A DNA stretch of 64,000 nt, taken from Squalus acanthias. Its lineage: Eukaryota. Location of the stretch: positions 52,018,001 to 52,082,000 of the forward strand of contig CM059425.1 in assembly GCA_030390025.1 (NCBI GenBank). The letters are read 5' to 3'. The notes below the pieces were generated by a model. The model was not told where the DNA came from. It worked only from the letters and a program-made list of their open reading frames with translations, and made no database searches. Positions within the stretch are counted from its first letter, which is position 1. Each line of letters starts with the position of its first letter. The position numbers and the translations under genes are program-made. Positions 36,329 through 49,145 of the stretch are shown here, one piece after another.

Positions 36329-39298
36329 AAGATAATATTAGAGAACTAGAACTGAACTAATCACTACTAAAGATATCATATAACATTTATTCCAGTGCAG
36401 TCTTTAGCCTGGGGTAAAATGCCTAACAAACTTATTATTGAAGCTACACAACAAATATGGTGTGGGCTGTAACAAGAGATAGCACAATGGCAATGAATAG
36501 GTTAAACATTAGAATTGGAAATGGTCTTCAGTTCTGTTCAAGAGATCAATTAATAAGATTGGAGCTTGATTCCATGGAGAAATTAATGTCTGCAGCATCT
36601 TGTCACATGAGCATGTTTTCTCATTTTTTAATTTTAGCAAGATTTGCATCCTGTAACACTACAATGTTTTAGATTCTAAAGAGAAAAATGAAGAACAGAT
36701 GAAAGAACGCAAAGAATAATATTCCTCGTGTAGTTATGATTTATTCCTGCATTAGCCTGTTGTGGATTCTAACAGATTAACAAAAGCTGCTGAAAAAAAC
36801 ATATGTGCCTGGAATTTCTGTGGTGGATCTTTGGCAGGAGATCGGCTCAACCCCATGGAAATTCAAGGCCCACGGACTGTATCAAACTGGTAAAATGTGG
36901 TACAAATGGTGTATAAAAACTTGGTGGCGTTTTGTCACATTCACAAAGGTTAAATTAGAATTTGCATCTTAACATTTGCATATGCTGCCAAAATCCTCTA
37001 AAATATTTGTATACTGTGTCCACTTTGGACTACATCAATCAGAATATTAATTTTTCCCTCATGTACATGGATCAACAATATATAGCTTGATTTGAGGAGT
37101 TTACTTCAGAAATGATTAAACTTCATGTAACCATTTGTTTTGCAAACCAGTTCTGTAAATGGCATTTCCATCAGTTTAATGTATTAGATCTTGCCAAGCA
37201 ACTTTATTGTAATAAGGTTTCCTAAGTAACATGCGCCAATCTTTGCTCTCACTAAACACATAGGATTCAGTCCTCTTTTTATTCTGACTTTTTTAAAATA
37301 TCTCCTCTTCCACATTGTGTAGAATGATTTTAAAACACAAACCTACAGAATATGCCTCACTCTTGTGCTCTCAGACATGGTGTGCCAGCCCTCTCAATAA
37401 ATAAATAAAGTCATCAAAATGACAGCAGGGGAAAATGAGAGCCAAGCATTATGTTAAGTTCCAAAGCAAGTTTCTGTTGCTAGAGGGGTTAATACATTTG
37501 CACTGATTTCTCTGAAAAGGCCAATGTAGAGAGACATTTAAAAATTAATATTCAATAAAGGATAACAGACAATAAATCAAATATATATACTAAAATAAAA
37601 ACTTGTCCATCAATCCCCACCACATTTATTCCTAACCTGAATAAAATTAGCAATCAATAATTTTTAATGTAAAACTCTATTTTTGCCACATAAAACCATA
37701 ATAATAACTGTGAATTTGTGTTAGAAGTAATTTGTAACTGTTATATCCTGTCACAATGCTTTCTTTCTTAACATTTTATTTGTTTTAACTTAGGATCACA
37801 AGATTACCTCCCTGTAGGTGTGATTACTTTGGACATTATCAGCCTCAATTGTATGCACAAGCACACAGAGGCACTGTAGCAGGGAGTCTATACACCTCAC
37901 TCGTGAGGGGTCCAACTTGATTGGATTTGATCATTTTTAACAGAAAGAGGTAATGGTCTTTCACATGATTCAAATCTTTACATTTTGTGTTTTGTTTATA
38001 ATTACAGTCTATAATTACAGCCAGATAATTAACAGTTGAGAGACACCTTGCAGTGCTATGGTGCTAATATTACAGTATGGTTTGATATATATTGGAAAAT
38101 GAGATAGCGTGTCAATAGGTCTTAAAGGGGCATTGTCATTTAAACATTCTGGCTTGTAAGCCAGAAATTTCTGCATCAAATTCCTGCCAATTACAGAGGG
38201 TATTACAAGTGGTGTAAATCTGTCTGTGACTTTCTCATGAATTAAATTGGTGAAGAGTTTCAAAGACTTATTCTGGATTACATCACAGAAACTGTTCAAG
38301 AACATCCTCATTGGCAGATTTGTATGGCTCCTTGTTTACAATAATGCCTCTCTAAATACAGTTGCAAAATCCACTTAATTCCTTGTAGAAGTGAATAGAA
38401 AATTGCTTTCTATTTAAAAATACAAAACTACAAGTGGCACGCCAGATGTGACAAGTACTGTGAAGTTCTGCAAGGTTGGCCGTCTGCCTGGGCCTGACAG
38501 CAGAATTCTCTACTAGTCTAGTCTGTCCTCTTGTGGCTTATTTAGTACACTGCAGAATGGGAACCTCTACAGAAACAAATTCCCCAAAAAATCAGCCCAC
38601 CACCATCTTTTGCTTAAATCAAACTGAATATTTTATTTGCAGTTACAGCATTGCATACTGCCCTATATGAGCCACAGATTTCTAACTTCCAAACCAAAAA
38701 TGTTGGATGACACAGGGTATTTCAACAAAAGTACAGCATAATTGCAGCTACCAACACCACCTAATAATTAAAAATAGTATGTACATTAATCCTTAAATGT
38801 CACATATTAATATAACATCTAATAAATTACAATATATAGAGCACTGCATATACCTTGAAGGACCATTTTGTCATGATTATCAGAAATACTGGAGATTTAT
38901 AGATTCATGTTTTAGCTCTTTTCACCATATTTCACATCCTCTGAACCATTCTCCAGCTGAAAGGATGGATAGATCCATTTTAACAGGCTGCTATCACAGT
39001 ATAACCAGCTGTTATAGCACTGTGGTATGAGTTTGCTTGTTATATGGATTTGGCTTCTTGGCCTCGGCTCAGGTCCTTCTCCTCCCTCTCCATCTAATGG
39101 CTATGGGAATCATCAGCGCTAATCCGCAGCCTAACATTCCACTGAGCATTGCTATAATAATGTGCTATTCACTTGATCATTTTTTTCTTTTCCCTCTAAT
39201 TTTCTACTCTTTCTTTCTGCAGTTGCCGACTCAGTTTGGGACTTGGTGCCATGAGCACCAGTTGCCTTCCTCTACCTCATCCAAAGTGTTCAATCTTA

Positions 39299-39907
39299 GA
39301 TGGTAGGCAGCTATCAGCCATTTTAATGTGGCAAATGGTGACATTGTCATTGTCAAATATCATTGTGCATGCACAGAGGTGCATGATGTGAGCCTGGACA
39401 GTGATTAATAGTCATGAGTTTGCCTTAATTCCTGTTGCCTTGTAAACATAGAGAAGCACTGAGGCTGTAATCCGATCCTGTTGTTGAGCATCACTCCTAC
39501 TTTGGCACCCATATACAAAGACAAAGGGGTAGAAATTTGTTTGCGTTGCGCCCGTTTATTCTGGGCATGCAATGGGCCAGTTTAACAGTGGGACGCCTTA
39601 CGCAGATTTAGCAGCTGTCAGGCTTACCCTGCTCGGGTAGGCTGGTTTTGTCTGATTATGCTCCTGTAAAGCATCTTGGGATGTTTTACTATGTAAAGGC
39701 GCTATATAAATGCAAGTTGTTGTTGCTGCTCAGAATTCTTCAGCGCCCCCTGTGGCTGCCAACTAAGGTAGCGGCCTGACATTCACCCCAGAAAACAGGC
39801 CCAGACGAAAATCTGCCCCAAAGTGTCCTCTGTGCATGCATAATAACATTTGACAATGACAATGTCAGCATTTACCACATTATAATCGCTGATAGCTGCC
39901 TACCATC
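39299..39907. repeat. 81-bp inverted repeat pair (39299-39379 and 39827-39907)
   Basis: GATGGTAGGCAGCTATCAGC...GACATTGTCATTGTCAAAT...TGCATGCACAGAGG and its reverse complement, about 90% identical. Confidence 0.9.
39526..39819. mobile_element. Small MITE carrying a LINE/SINE tail fragment
   Basis: Ends GGGGTAGAAATTTGT and GGGGCAGATTTTCGT(rc) with AAA on both flanks; internal GGCGCTATATAAATGCAAGTTGTTG tail at ~39655-39730. Confidence 0.6.
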
Positions 39908-40935
39908 GATGAATGATGCTTTTTTATTTAAAAAGTAGCATTTCTTTAGAATTACAAAATAAAAGAATAGTTTGTGTAAAATATTTAATTACCAATGGTC
40001 CAGCTGGTCAGGTTTATTTCTCCTGAGTAATGTGGAGGATTTGAATCTGTTTTCTTTTCTCGTCTTGGCAGTCCCTATATATGGTCCATTCAGATTGGTG
40101 GGGCCTGAAGCCAGGTCCATGTTCTTTGGTGGAGCTGGCGGTATAATTATGCATTCCATCGAGTTAGGCAGGATGAGAATGTATCTATTTTCTGGTGGTC
40201 TTGCCTACCTAGGTGGTCCAGGACTAGGTTTGCATCTGACCACTGACGGTCTCAAGTGGCTGATGCAGTGGCCAGGATTATCAGGATCGGGCTACAGCTT
40301 CACGGTTACTCAGATTTCCAGACCTCGGAAGCAAAAGTAAAAACCTAAAAAAGATCTGAACATTTATCCCTAATACGAAATAGATGAGGTAAAACAGACA
40401 GAAACACTTAACTTATAAGCAAACTTTAATAGCAATGGCTATAACAGCACGAGATTAAAACTTGTTAAAGACTGGGAACGCCTGAATTATATCAAGTGGA
40501 TTCTACTACGTACAAAAAATATGCATATATTTTCCTTGTCCTAATTCTCTGCAATCTCATGAACAAGGCTGCTCATGCACACACTTAGCACAGGACAAAT
40601 TATCTGCTTTTTTGTCATCAGAGTAAAATCTCTATTATTCACTGGAAAGCCTACATTCCTGTTCGTCAACAACATAATAGGGTTTATATTGTTATAATAT
40701 GTTTTATATCCAATACAATTTGGTTAGCATTAAGTGTTCTTGATTCAGAACATGAACTGTTTACTTTGTTTCTGATGCCTCCTGTATTTTTGTAGATAGA
40801 AGTATTTAAAGATGTAACACTTAGTGGAAATATAGGATCTCAGATATATCTGTTGAGTTACAGAATACTGTACAAATATTATGCTACCACCGCTGAGGAT
40901 TGCAGTGTTTTTTATAAAGTACATCATAAGTCATT

Positions 40936-43484
40936 GGCCCAGATTTTGCATTAAAAATAACGGTGAGGCTATCAGTACTCACCGTTATTACACAGTAAAT
41001 CAAACACCAACTTCCGGTGTCCACACATGTGCAGTTAAATGCGGAAATCAGGAAGTTGCTGTCCGATTTGCCCTTGCTCCTCCACAAGCTTCGCTTCACT
41101 GGAACCTCGCCGAGAGACTCAGCATTCAAATACATGATGGGCGTGAAGTTGCGGTACTTACCCACAAGATACCTACTAAAGATGCCAGAAGAAGTTAGGG
41201 CTGATGCATTCATGTGTACGTGAACTTTTAACTGCATGATAAATCTTAATTACTGCCAAACAACCTCTCTGGTACTGAAAATTTACTTTTACAAGTGTGA
41301 AGTCTCATTCCTTCAGATTTTAATTATTGTTGGAGATTTAAAAAAATTAAAATTGAAAGATTTTTTTTACTTTTTCTTTCTGTCTCTTTTATCTCTCTCT
41401 CTTAATCCCATCTTTCTTTCCCTCACTTTATTTCTCTTTCGGTACATGATTTTACATTGAATTAAATATTATAATTTATACTTCCCGGTTTAGACTGGGT
41501 GGCCGTGACTTCCCCTACCTGAGTGAGTCCATGGCGGGCGAGGTCAGTGGTGGGTCGCGGCCTTGCTGCTGGCTCCATCCCGGCCTCCGACATGACTTTC
41601 CCCTGATAGGGCTTGCTAAGCCCGCCCAGCGCGTTTCCCGGCCAATTGAAGGAAGCAGGTCTGATGACGTCATTTGATGACGCGTCATCAGCTGATTTCC
41701 TGAAAGGGACCATGCGCAAATCTACTTTGACATTTGTGCTGTCAGTGTTCTACAGCATTGAGGTGCTGCAAACACTGACAAGCATTGCACAGAGGTGCAC
41801 GGCTGCACCCAGGCTCTCCCATGACTCCCTCCATATGCTTATGGAGGAAGGTCCTCCTCCCTTCCCATGGGCGGAAGAGACCTCCCCAGGAGACCAAAGC
41901 AGCCTGGTTGCACATTGCACAGGAGGGCACAAGCAGGGATGTCGTCAGGAGGACCAGGCTGCAGTGGCACAAACCTTTCAATGATCTCAGTAGATCACAA
42001 AATGTTACTGCAAAGCCACACTCAACCTCATCCTGCTGTGCCACTCATCACATCCCCATCACTCTGCCTTCCCTACCCGACCCCTGCACATCCTTACTCA
42101 CAGCAACTTACCTTGCACCTCCACCTATCCCTCTCTATCTATATTATCACTTCCCCATCTCACTAGCCACCCCTCACACTCACCCTTATCCTAGTCCAAT
42201 CATACCAATAACAACACAACAACACACAAAGGTAGGCACTTGTGTGTTTTAGCCAATGTTCATGTGAAGTTTCTGTTAATGTGCTGTCAAACATTGAAAC
42301 CTTTATTTTCAGCACTTTGCGTTCTTGGACAGATTTGTGTGCACCTTTGGAAGTGGCTTAGTGAGTTGCAGTGAATGGTGAGACAAAACGGTACCCCCTG
42401 CAATGCTGATGAGTGTGAAAGGAATGGCTTGGGCATTGTAGGGATGCTTTATGGTGTTGTTGTGGGGTGGTGCCAACCTGGTGAATCATGTGGCAGCCAG
42501 GGTGTGCAGCATCAAGTGAAGTAAATCATGGCCATGGTGAGGCCATCCCTGGCGTTCCGGGCAGCAATGTAGTCGGGTGCTGATGCCCTCTGTCCTGTGC
42601 AGCATCAGGTGATTGTGGAGAAGGTTGGTGTGGTTGTTGGTGCTGCTGGTATGCCTGGTGTTGCGGCTGATTGTGGTCAGATTCTGAGGACCAAGGTGAG
42701 AGAGTATAAACCATTCCCATGCTGATGGAATAGATGGCAGGTGAACTTGAGGTGACAGAAGCAACCTGTCAATGGTGAGAGAGGTTGTTCCAATGACGTG
42801 ACATTGGATAGAGAGTTTGCTCCAAACACTTGCAACCTGCATAAAGCTCAATCTGTCTTCCAAATGCAGTAAGCAACAGCTTCTGAGCTTGGAAAGTGAA
42901 CAGCTGTGAGATGGGAGCTTTTATAGCACATTTCAAGCTGTCAAGTAATGAGATGATTCTATGGCCATTCAACTCCCACCCAGCTTAACAGACGTGATCC
43001 CCGAGCAGTATGGACCCCGTTGGCGAGCTGGTAAATTCTAAAGCTCAAAATTGTTGTTAATCCTCTGTTAACAAGGTCATAATGACCTGAATTGCCTCCC
43101 CCACCGCTGCCTGTCGGGTCTGCTCAGTGCTGACAGACCCGACATTTGCTAAAGGTGCATGGCGGCGGGTTGACAGCGGAGTTCCAACCCATTGTCAAAA
43201 AAAAACACTTTCCCACCCGACCCGCCACCGATCCCGCCTGCTGACCCCCTGGAAAATTCCCCCCAGTGTCTCAGTGAGGAGTCTTCAATCTGATTGGTCG
43301 AGGAGATAAACTGTTGCTTTCCCTGCTCACACAGGTCCCAGATCCCCTGTAGAGGGCGCCGCACTGAAAAGGATCTCTAGTAACTGTAAGTTGCCGCTCA
43401 AAAGCCCCAAAACGCCTGTGGGTAGCTGTAAGCGTAATGAATGGTAAGCGCCATTCCTTCGCTGCTGACTGCAAAATCCGGGCC
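40936..43484. mobile_element. Composite PIF/Harbinger-type TIR element with a nested Myb/SANT-bearing derivative (~41495-43265)
   Basis: TIRs GGCCCAGATTTTGCA and GGCCCGGATTTTGCA(rc), 14/15 match; ATT duplicated on both flanks; the outer parts are collinear with 43840-44573. Confidence 0.8.
41795..41997 (+). pseudogene. Frameshifted Myb/SANT-like DNA-binding domain (Harbinger second ORF)
   Basis: AAPRLSHDSLHMLMEE then VLLPSHGRKRPPQETKAAWLHIAQEGTSRDVVRRTRLQWHKPFNDL, the W..IA..R...Q...FNDL pattern of Harbinger Myb-like proteins. Confidence 0.75.
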
Positions 43485-43839
43485 ATTGTCTCCAAAATAA
43501 TTACATCTAGTGTCATTGTATTCAGTCCTATACTGCTGTCCTAATAATATTATGGAGTTGCTGAGGGTTCATTGAGCAGTGTTTCAGACTCTGGCAGATG
43601 CTTACCTAGAAAATCAAGGGACATTTTTGGCCATCATGAATTATGTGTGTGTGTGTGCATGTGCGCAGGTGATAGTTCAATGATAAGCTAATGATATTTA
43701 ACCGAAACCTGAAGTAGTATTCAGCAGGCTAATAACGTCATTTTCTGAAGAATGTAATAAAAAAAAAACAGCTAATTACTCTACCAGTGGTTGTTTATGT
43801 GACTACAACAACCTCCCGCCCCACAAAAACATAACTATT

Positions 43840-44573
43840 GGCCCAAAATTTTCTGTCGAAATAACGGCGAGGCTAATGGCGCTCGCTGTTATTTATGCAC
43901 AAATGCTACAGCAACTTCAGGCGAGGGCAGATGCGCAGTTAAACGCGGAAATCCAAAAGTTGTTGTTCGAGGTGCGCTGCTCCACCGTTAACTTCGCAAA
44001 AACGACATCTCACCAACTGCCTCACCATTAAAATTAACATGACGTTGCTGTATTGCGCAGTGGATATGAGCTAAACACGCCACAGAAAGTTAAGTGTTGT
44101 CCATTTCAGTCTAAGCACCCTTTTATCAACCTCCCTAGCACTGTAAATTAACTATTACAAGTGTGGCGTCTCATTCTTTCAAGTTTTAATTGTTGTTGGC
44201 GATTTTAAAAATGTAAAATGTAACTTTTTTTTTCTGTCTCTTCTTTCTCTCTCTCTGAATCCAATCTCTCTTGCCCTCGCTTTATTTTTCTTTCTGTACC
44301 TGATTTGACATTGAATTCACCCATTTTAATTTACACTTCCTTCTCAGTCCTTGCGCTGTTAATTTCACAATCCTTCAATCTGATTGGTTCAGGAGATATA
44401 CAGTTGTTTGCCCTGTTCACTCAGGTCCCAGATGCCCTGTTTCCCTTGCTGCGACGTTGTCAGCTCGCACTTTCAGCGACTTGCCACGGAAAAAATTTAA
44501 AACCTAAATGTGCAAGGGCAGGTGTAAATAATGACAGATGGCATTAGATCACTCCTCCAGCAAATTATGGGCC
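43840..44573. mobile_element. MITE related to the outer element of 40936-43484
   Basis: Ends GGCCCAAAATTT and GGCCCATAATTT(rc); shares AATAACGGyGAGGCTA, TACAAGTGTG..GTCTCATTC and CTTCAATCTGATTGG blocks. Confidence 0.72.
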
Positions 44574-46019
44574 AATATTCTAGTTTGTACTATTACTTTC
44601 CAAAGTATGGGTAAGATCTAGATCTCACAGTGTCACTGTATCAGAAGACATGTTTTGTGACTTGTGACCTTCCACCTCCTGAAGAATGGGGCACCCTGGG
44701 AAGACAGAAGTTCTATTCTTCATGTGGATCTTGTAGGTCGACTTCAGATTTTTGATATTGCCAACTATTTACCAATTTTCTTGGTGCTTATTAACTGCAC
44801 CAATGCAGCCAATACTAAGCAGTCTGTCAGTGCTATTGGTTAATTACCTGTTGTCTTTCTGCATTTCTCTTTTTAAAGTTCATTTGGAAATCTATTTCCC
44901 ATAACACTGTCTTACTGTTAGGACTAGCTCATTCAAATCTAGCGAAACCTAGTAGAACTAAGACCTAAAGCAATCATTCAACACAAGGTGAGACCCTGCT
45001 GGCTTTCTGCTTGATGGACTTCCTGAACTGGAAGCTCATAAAGAAACTTTACTGAAAGAAGCCATAAAGTGATATTTTAACCAAGGAAGCCCTTTATAGT
45101 AGAGAACTGAATTTCTGATTGAAAACAATCGGTGTTCTGAGTTATCAGTGTAGGTTCCTTTAAGTCCCTGTACCACATATATATTTGGAATATAGTTTCA
45201 CAGGATGTACAAGTTCCCCAGCAGGTGCATCGTATCCATTTCTGTGCAGGATAGGGGAGGTTTGTTTGCTGTGTAACTAAAGAACTAAGCACAGGTTGCA
45301 GGTGCCACTTCTGATTCACTCCAGTTACCTCTTCACAGGATCACTGGCAGAAACTGAATGAGACGAGAACAGAACGTCCACGGAGCCAAATTAATATCTG
45401 AGAAAAAGAACCAAATGTTGGGATAGGCTGAGCACATGAGACAAGCTGTCTCACTAAGGTGCCCTTCAGGAAAATTGTAACTTAGACAGATTGGTGCTGA
45501 CAAATTCTTTCAGCGCGCTGGATGTGACATCTGCAAGAATGAATTGTTCCCGATTACAGTTAAAGCCATGCTGCACAATGGGATGGCCGGCAAAGTCCTT
45601 GCCTTCCTTACTCTCCTGTGCTAGTTGATGCCCTGTCCTACCCTACCCAGAGTGCCACAGTGGATGCTTGAAAGTTATTTTTATATTTGGTCCTTTTAGC
45701 AGGCATTGTGGATTATATGTACATTGACCTTCACTTTGATAGTACTATGAGTAGTTGAAGGGAATCTTAAGAATGCAAGGAAGCATGAAATGAATAAATG
45801 TCATTCAGCCTATTAAGCCCACTGCCTCCATAAGTCATGCACAATCTATCCTAATCTACCATGGACTCTATACCAGCCATTTACTCTATGAGGAAAGGTT
45901 CTATAAAAATACCCCGTGAACTCTAAAAGCTCATCAAATAAAACTCCAAGGTATCCATCTCCACTATTCAATCATGACCTGCTGCTGTCTCTCCACAAAC
46001 AATCCCTTGAAATCAATTC

Positions 46020-46665
46020 CTTGAAATTGTGTGTGCAGGTAGATAAAGCCATTAAAAAAAGGCCGATAGAATTTAGGGTTTTATAAATAGAGACATAGAG
46101 TACAAGAGTAAAGAAGTATTGATGAATTTCTACACAACATTGGTTAGGTCACAGTTAATACTGGCAATTTTGCCCCCCATTATAGAAAGAACTTTAAAGC
46201 TATAAAAAGCAAACAGTGTAGATTTACCAGGATGGTGCCAGGAATGGGAAGTATAGTTATGAGGAATAACTTGAGATACTGGGATTATTTCCACCGAGGC
46301 AGAGAACACTGAGGAGATTTAATAAAAGATTTTTGAATTATGAAGGGTGTTGATAGAGTGAATTGGGAAGGACTATTTCCTCTGGTGGTAGAGTCAGTGA
46401 CGAGAGGCCATCAATTTAAAATCGTTACTGAGAGTGAGGAAAGGGGTTAGGAGAAATTTATTCATGCCAAAGGTTGTTGGAGCATGGAATGCTTTGCCAC
46501 AGGGAATGTTTGAGACGGAGATTGTTGCATCTTGTAAGGGAAAATTGGATAAGTATTTGAAGCAGAGCTGTGGGGAGAGGGTGGGCAGTGGGGTTAGTTT
46601 TGGATTCCTTTAGCAAAGTGTTGAATGGCCTCCTTCTGTGCTCTAAACTTTTCTGGTTTTATGAT
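46020..46665 (+). mobile_element. Old degenerate CR1 3' fragment
   Basis: Decayed versions of GCAGGTAGATAAAG..AAAAAAGGC, ATAGAGTACAAGAG, TGGAATGC and the tail TGGCCTCCTTCTGTGC. Confidence 0.75.
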
Positions 46666-48141
46666 TTTTGTAAGATGAGATGTGGCACACATAGCGATGA
46701 TCCAATTAGAGTGCACCAACAATAATGCTGCTGAGCCACTTGTCAATGACCTAATGAGACTCTTAACCGCTTTAAAACGCTCTGTAATCCCACTGTGATA
46801 AAGAAAAGTTGTTCCAAATGGAGCAAAGTGTCAAAGCAAGGTGACACTACCCTTGTAGGTGGACTGAGAATAGCAGATTAGCCTTTATAGCACCAAACAA
46901 ATATGGAATACGGCAGGCTTAGAAAGAGATAACAGAGAGAACTGACACAGTACCATTCAACTGACACACGAGATGAAGTCAGCAAGTGCTGGATTCGGAA
47001 ATGCAATTCAATTTGGTCAAATTCATACATAAGCTAGGAAGGGACTGTCGCAAGTGAAGGTCAGGACTTCACTAAGAGAAGCAGCATCAAAACATTCCGC
47101 ATCAGCTTCTACACTTGAAACAAGCACCGTTCCAGAAATAAGCATCTCACAGGTTGATAGTAAGTTTGAGGAGGGATCACTGGGAGAAACACATGGCATG
47201 AGTGAGCAAGGGTCAGATTTGATGGGTAAAGAAGGGTGACATAGTTCGAGCAATTATCTACCCAGCACTCTGCTATTTACCAACTGGCAACTGCTGCAAA
47301 GACCCCAGTGGTGCAGAAAGAAAGCCCGATCACAACATCTCTCATGAATATTCCCATCAGGGTGTTGAGATCCACACTCCATTATATAATAGTTGCTGGC
47401 TTCAACATGCCTGGAGACAAATCATTGACAGTCCCATGAAAGGGGGCTCAGATACCTCGTAGCAATGCAACAAGCTGTGCTAAACCAGATGCGTGACCTA
47501 CGTGAGAAATTGGCCTCCAGCACAATCATGTGTCGAGCAGCATAGCTGGATATCGGGTTGGCTCCAGTCTCGTGCCATCATGTGCCTCTGCACCAGTGAC
47601 AGGTGATATTGCTGAAAGCATGTTACCTCCCACAGAAAGTGCATTACAGCAAAGTCCTCGTGCAGATGTGGAGTCCTCTGGGCCACTATCAATTGAGATG
47701 GTCAGCCATCACTTTCCCAACAATAGTCAAGGCAACCTTAAGTTCATCCACCTCGCCTACTCCTTCACTTAATGATGCACCTAACAGAAGCAGACAAGTC
47801 ATTGAATGGTGTACAAGTTGAAAAAGAGGGAACGGCACTGCTGCACATATCATTGAACACATTTAGGTCGCACACACTTAAACTAATAAAAATAAACAGT
47901 AGAATTTTATATGTTAAAGTCAGGTTTATTTCATTAACTTTAAGGAAACAGAGACAGCAGCACTTCTTGCTCAAAAAAGAAAAATCAGATGGTTGGTTTA
48001 AAGTATCTAATCACAGCAATTATCAGATGAGGCATAACATCCAGGTCACTGAACATTTTCCTGTGCCATATACAGGTATCAGTGTAAAAAGAAGTTTTCA
48101 ATGAGCACCTGATACGTGGTAGTCTCCTCTCCTACACTGGT

Positions 48142-48591
48142 ATAGAAACATAGAAACATAGAAACTAAGAGCAGGAGTAGGCCATTTGGCCCGTCGAGCC
48201 TGCTCCACCATTCAATACGATCATGGCTGATCATCCAAATCCATTACCCTGTCCCTGCTTTCTCACACAGAATCCCCATCGAACCTGCACCGACACATAT
48301 CCCACCCTATCCCCATAACCCCCCACGTATTTAATTCCCCCTAACATATCCCATCCTATCCCCGTAACCCCACATATTTAATCCCCCCCTAACACTAAGG
48401 GTCAATTTTATCATAGCCAAATCAACCTAACCCGCACATTTTTGGACTGTGGGAGGAAACCGGAGCACGCGGAGGAAACCCACGCAGACACGGGGAGAAT
48501 GTGCAAACTCCACACAGACAGTCACCCGAGGCCAGATTCGAACCCGGGTCCCTGGCGCTGTGAGGCACCAGTGCTAACCACTATGCCACCG
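48142..48591 (-). mobile_element. Full-length V-SINE (HE1-like): tRNA head, V-domain, CR1-type tail
   Basis: Reverse complement has A-box GGTGGCATAGTGG, B-box GGTTCGAATC, V-domain GTGTGGAGTTTGCACATTCTCCCCGTGTCTGCGTGGGTTTCCTCC, and tail (TTTCTATG)n. Confidence 0.88.
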
Positions 48592-48669
48592 TATCTCTCT
48601 TCATAGTTCGTCCTGCGGCTCCTCATCTTCATGATCTTCCTCAGATTTTTGCTGCTACTCAACCATTTC

Positions 48670-49145
48670 CACAGGGAGACCTACGTTGTGAAACATGCAG
48701 CACACCACAATCATTTTGCAGATGCTAAGTGGTGCAAACTGTAAAGCCCTCCCCTTTCCCCTGAGTCATAACATGTTTGAGCAGGCCAAATGTCTGCTTG
48801 ATAATTCAGACACTTATGTGCCTGATTAAGACTGTGATCGGCTGCTGTACAGAGATGTCAAAAAGATGTTAAGAGCCATAGATCCAACCCTCCACATGGA
48901 CTCCAAGGAGCCAAACTCATAAGCTATCTTGCCCTTGGGACAGTTTAGGCATGCATTAATCGTAGAGAAAATATGATTTATGCATGTGTCCTGGGAAGCA
49001 TTCATTAATATGCATGATATTCATTCTGTACAGAGCATTTGATGGAGCAATAGCCCTTCCTGTTGATTCAGGGTATTTCATTATATGCAACTGCTTGAAT
49101 TGTAATGTGGGTGCAGGCAATGCAGCCCTCTACCCCAGGAACCTA
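48670..49145 (-). pseudogene. Decayed PIF/Harbinger (HARBI1-like) DDE transposase
   Basis: Ordered motifs on the reverse complement across frameshifts: PGVEGCIACTHI, INRKGYCSI, FPG..H, WLLG..WLLT, NQAH, IIKQTFGLLK, ALQFAP..CKMIVVCCMFHNV. Confidence 0.75.

Noticed and set aside
48500-48591. tRNA gene-like A/B boxes
   Set aside because: This is the tRNA-derived head of a V-SINE, continuous with the V-domain and LINE tail.
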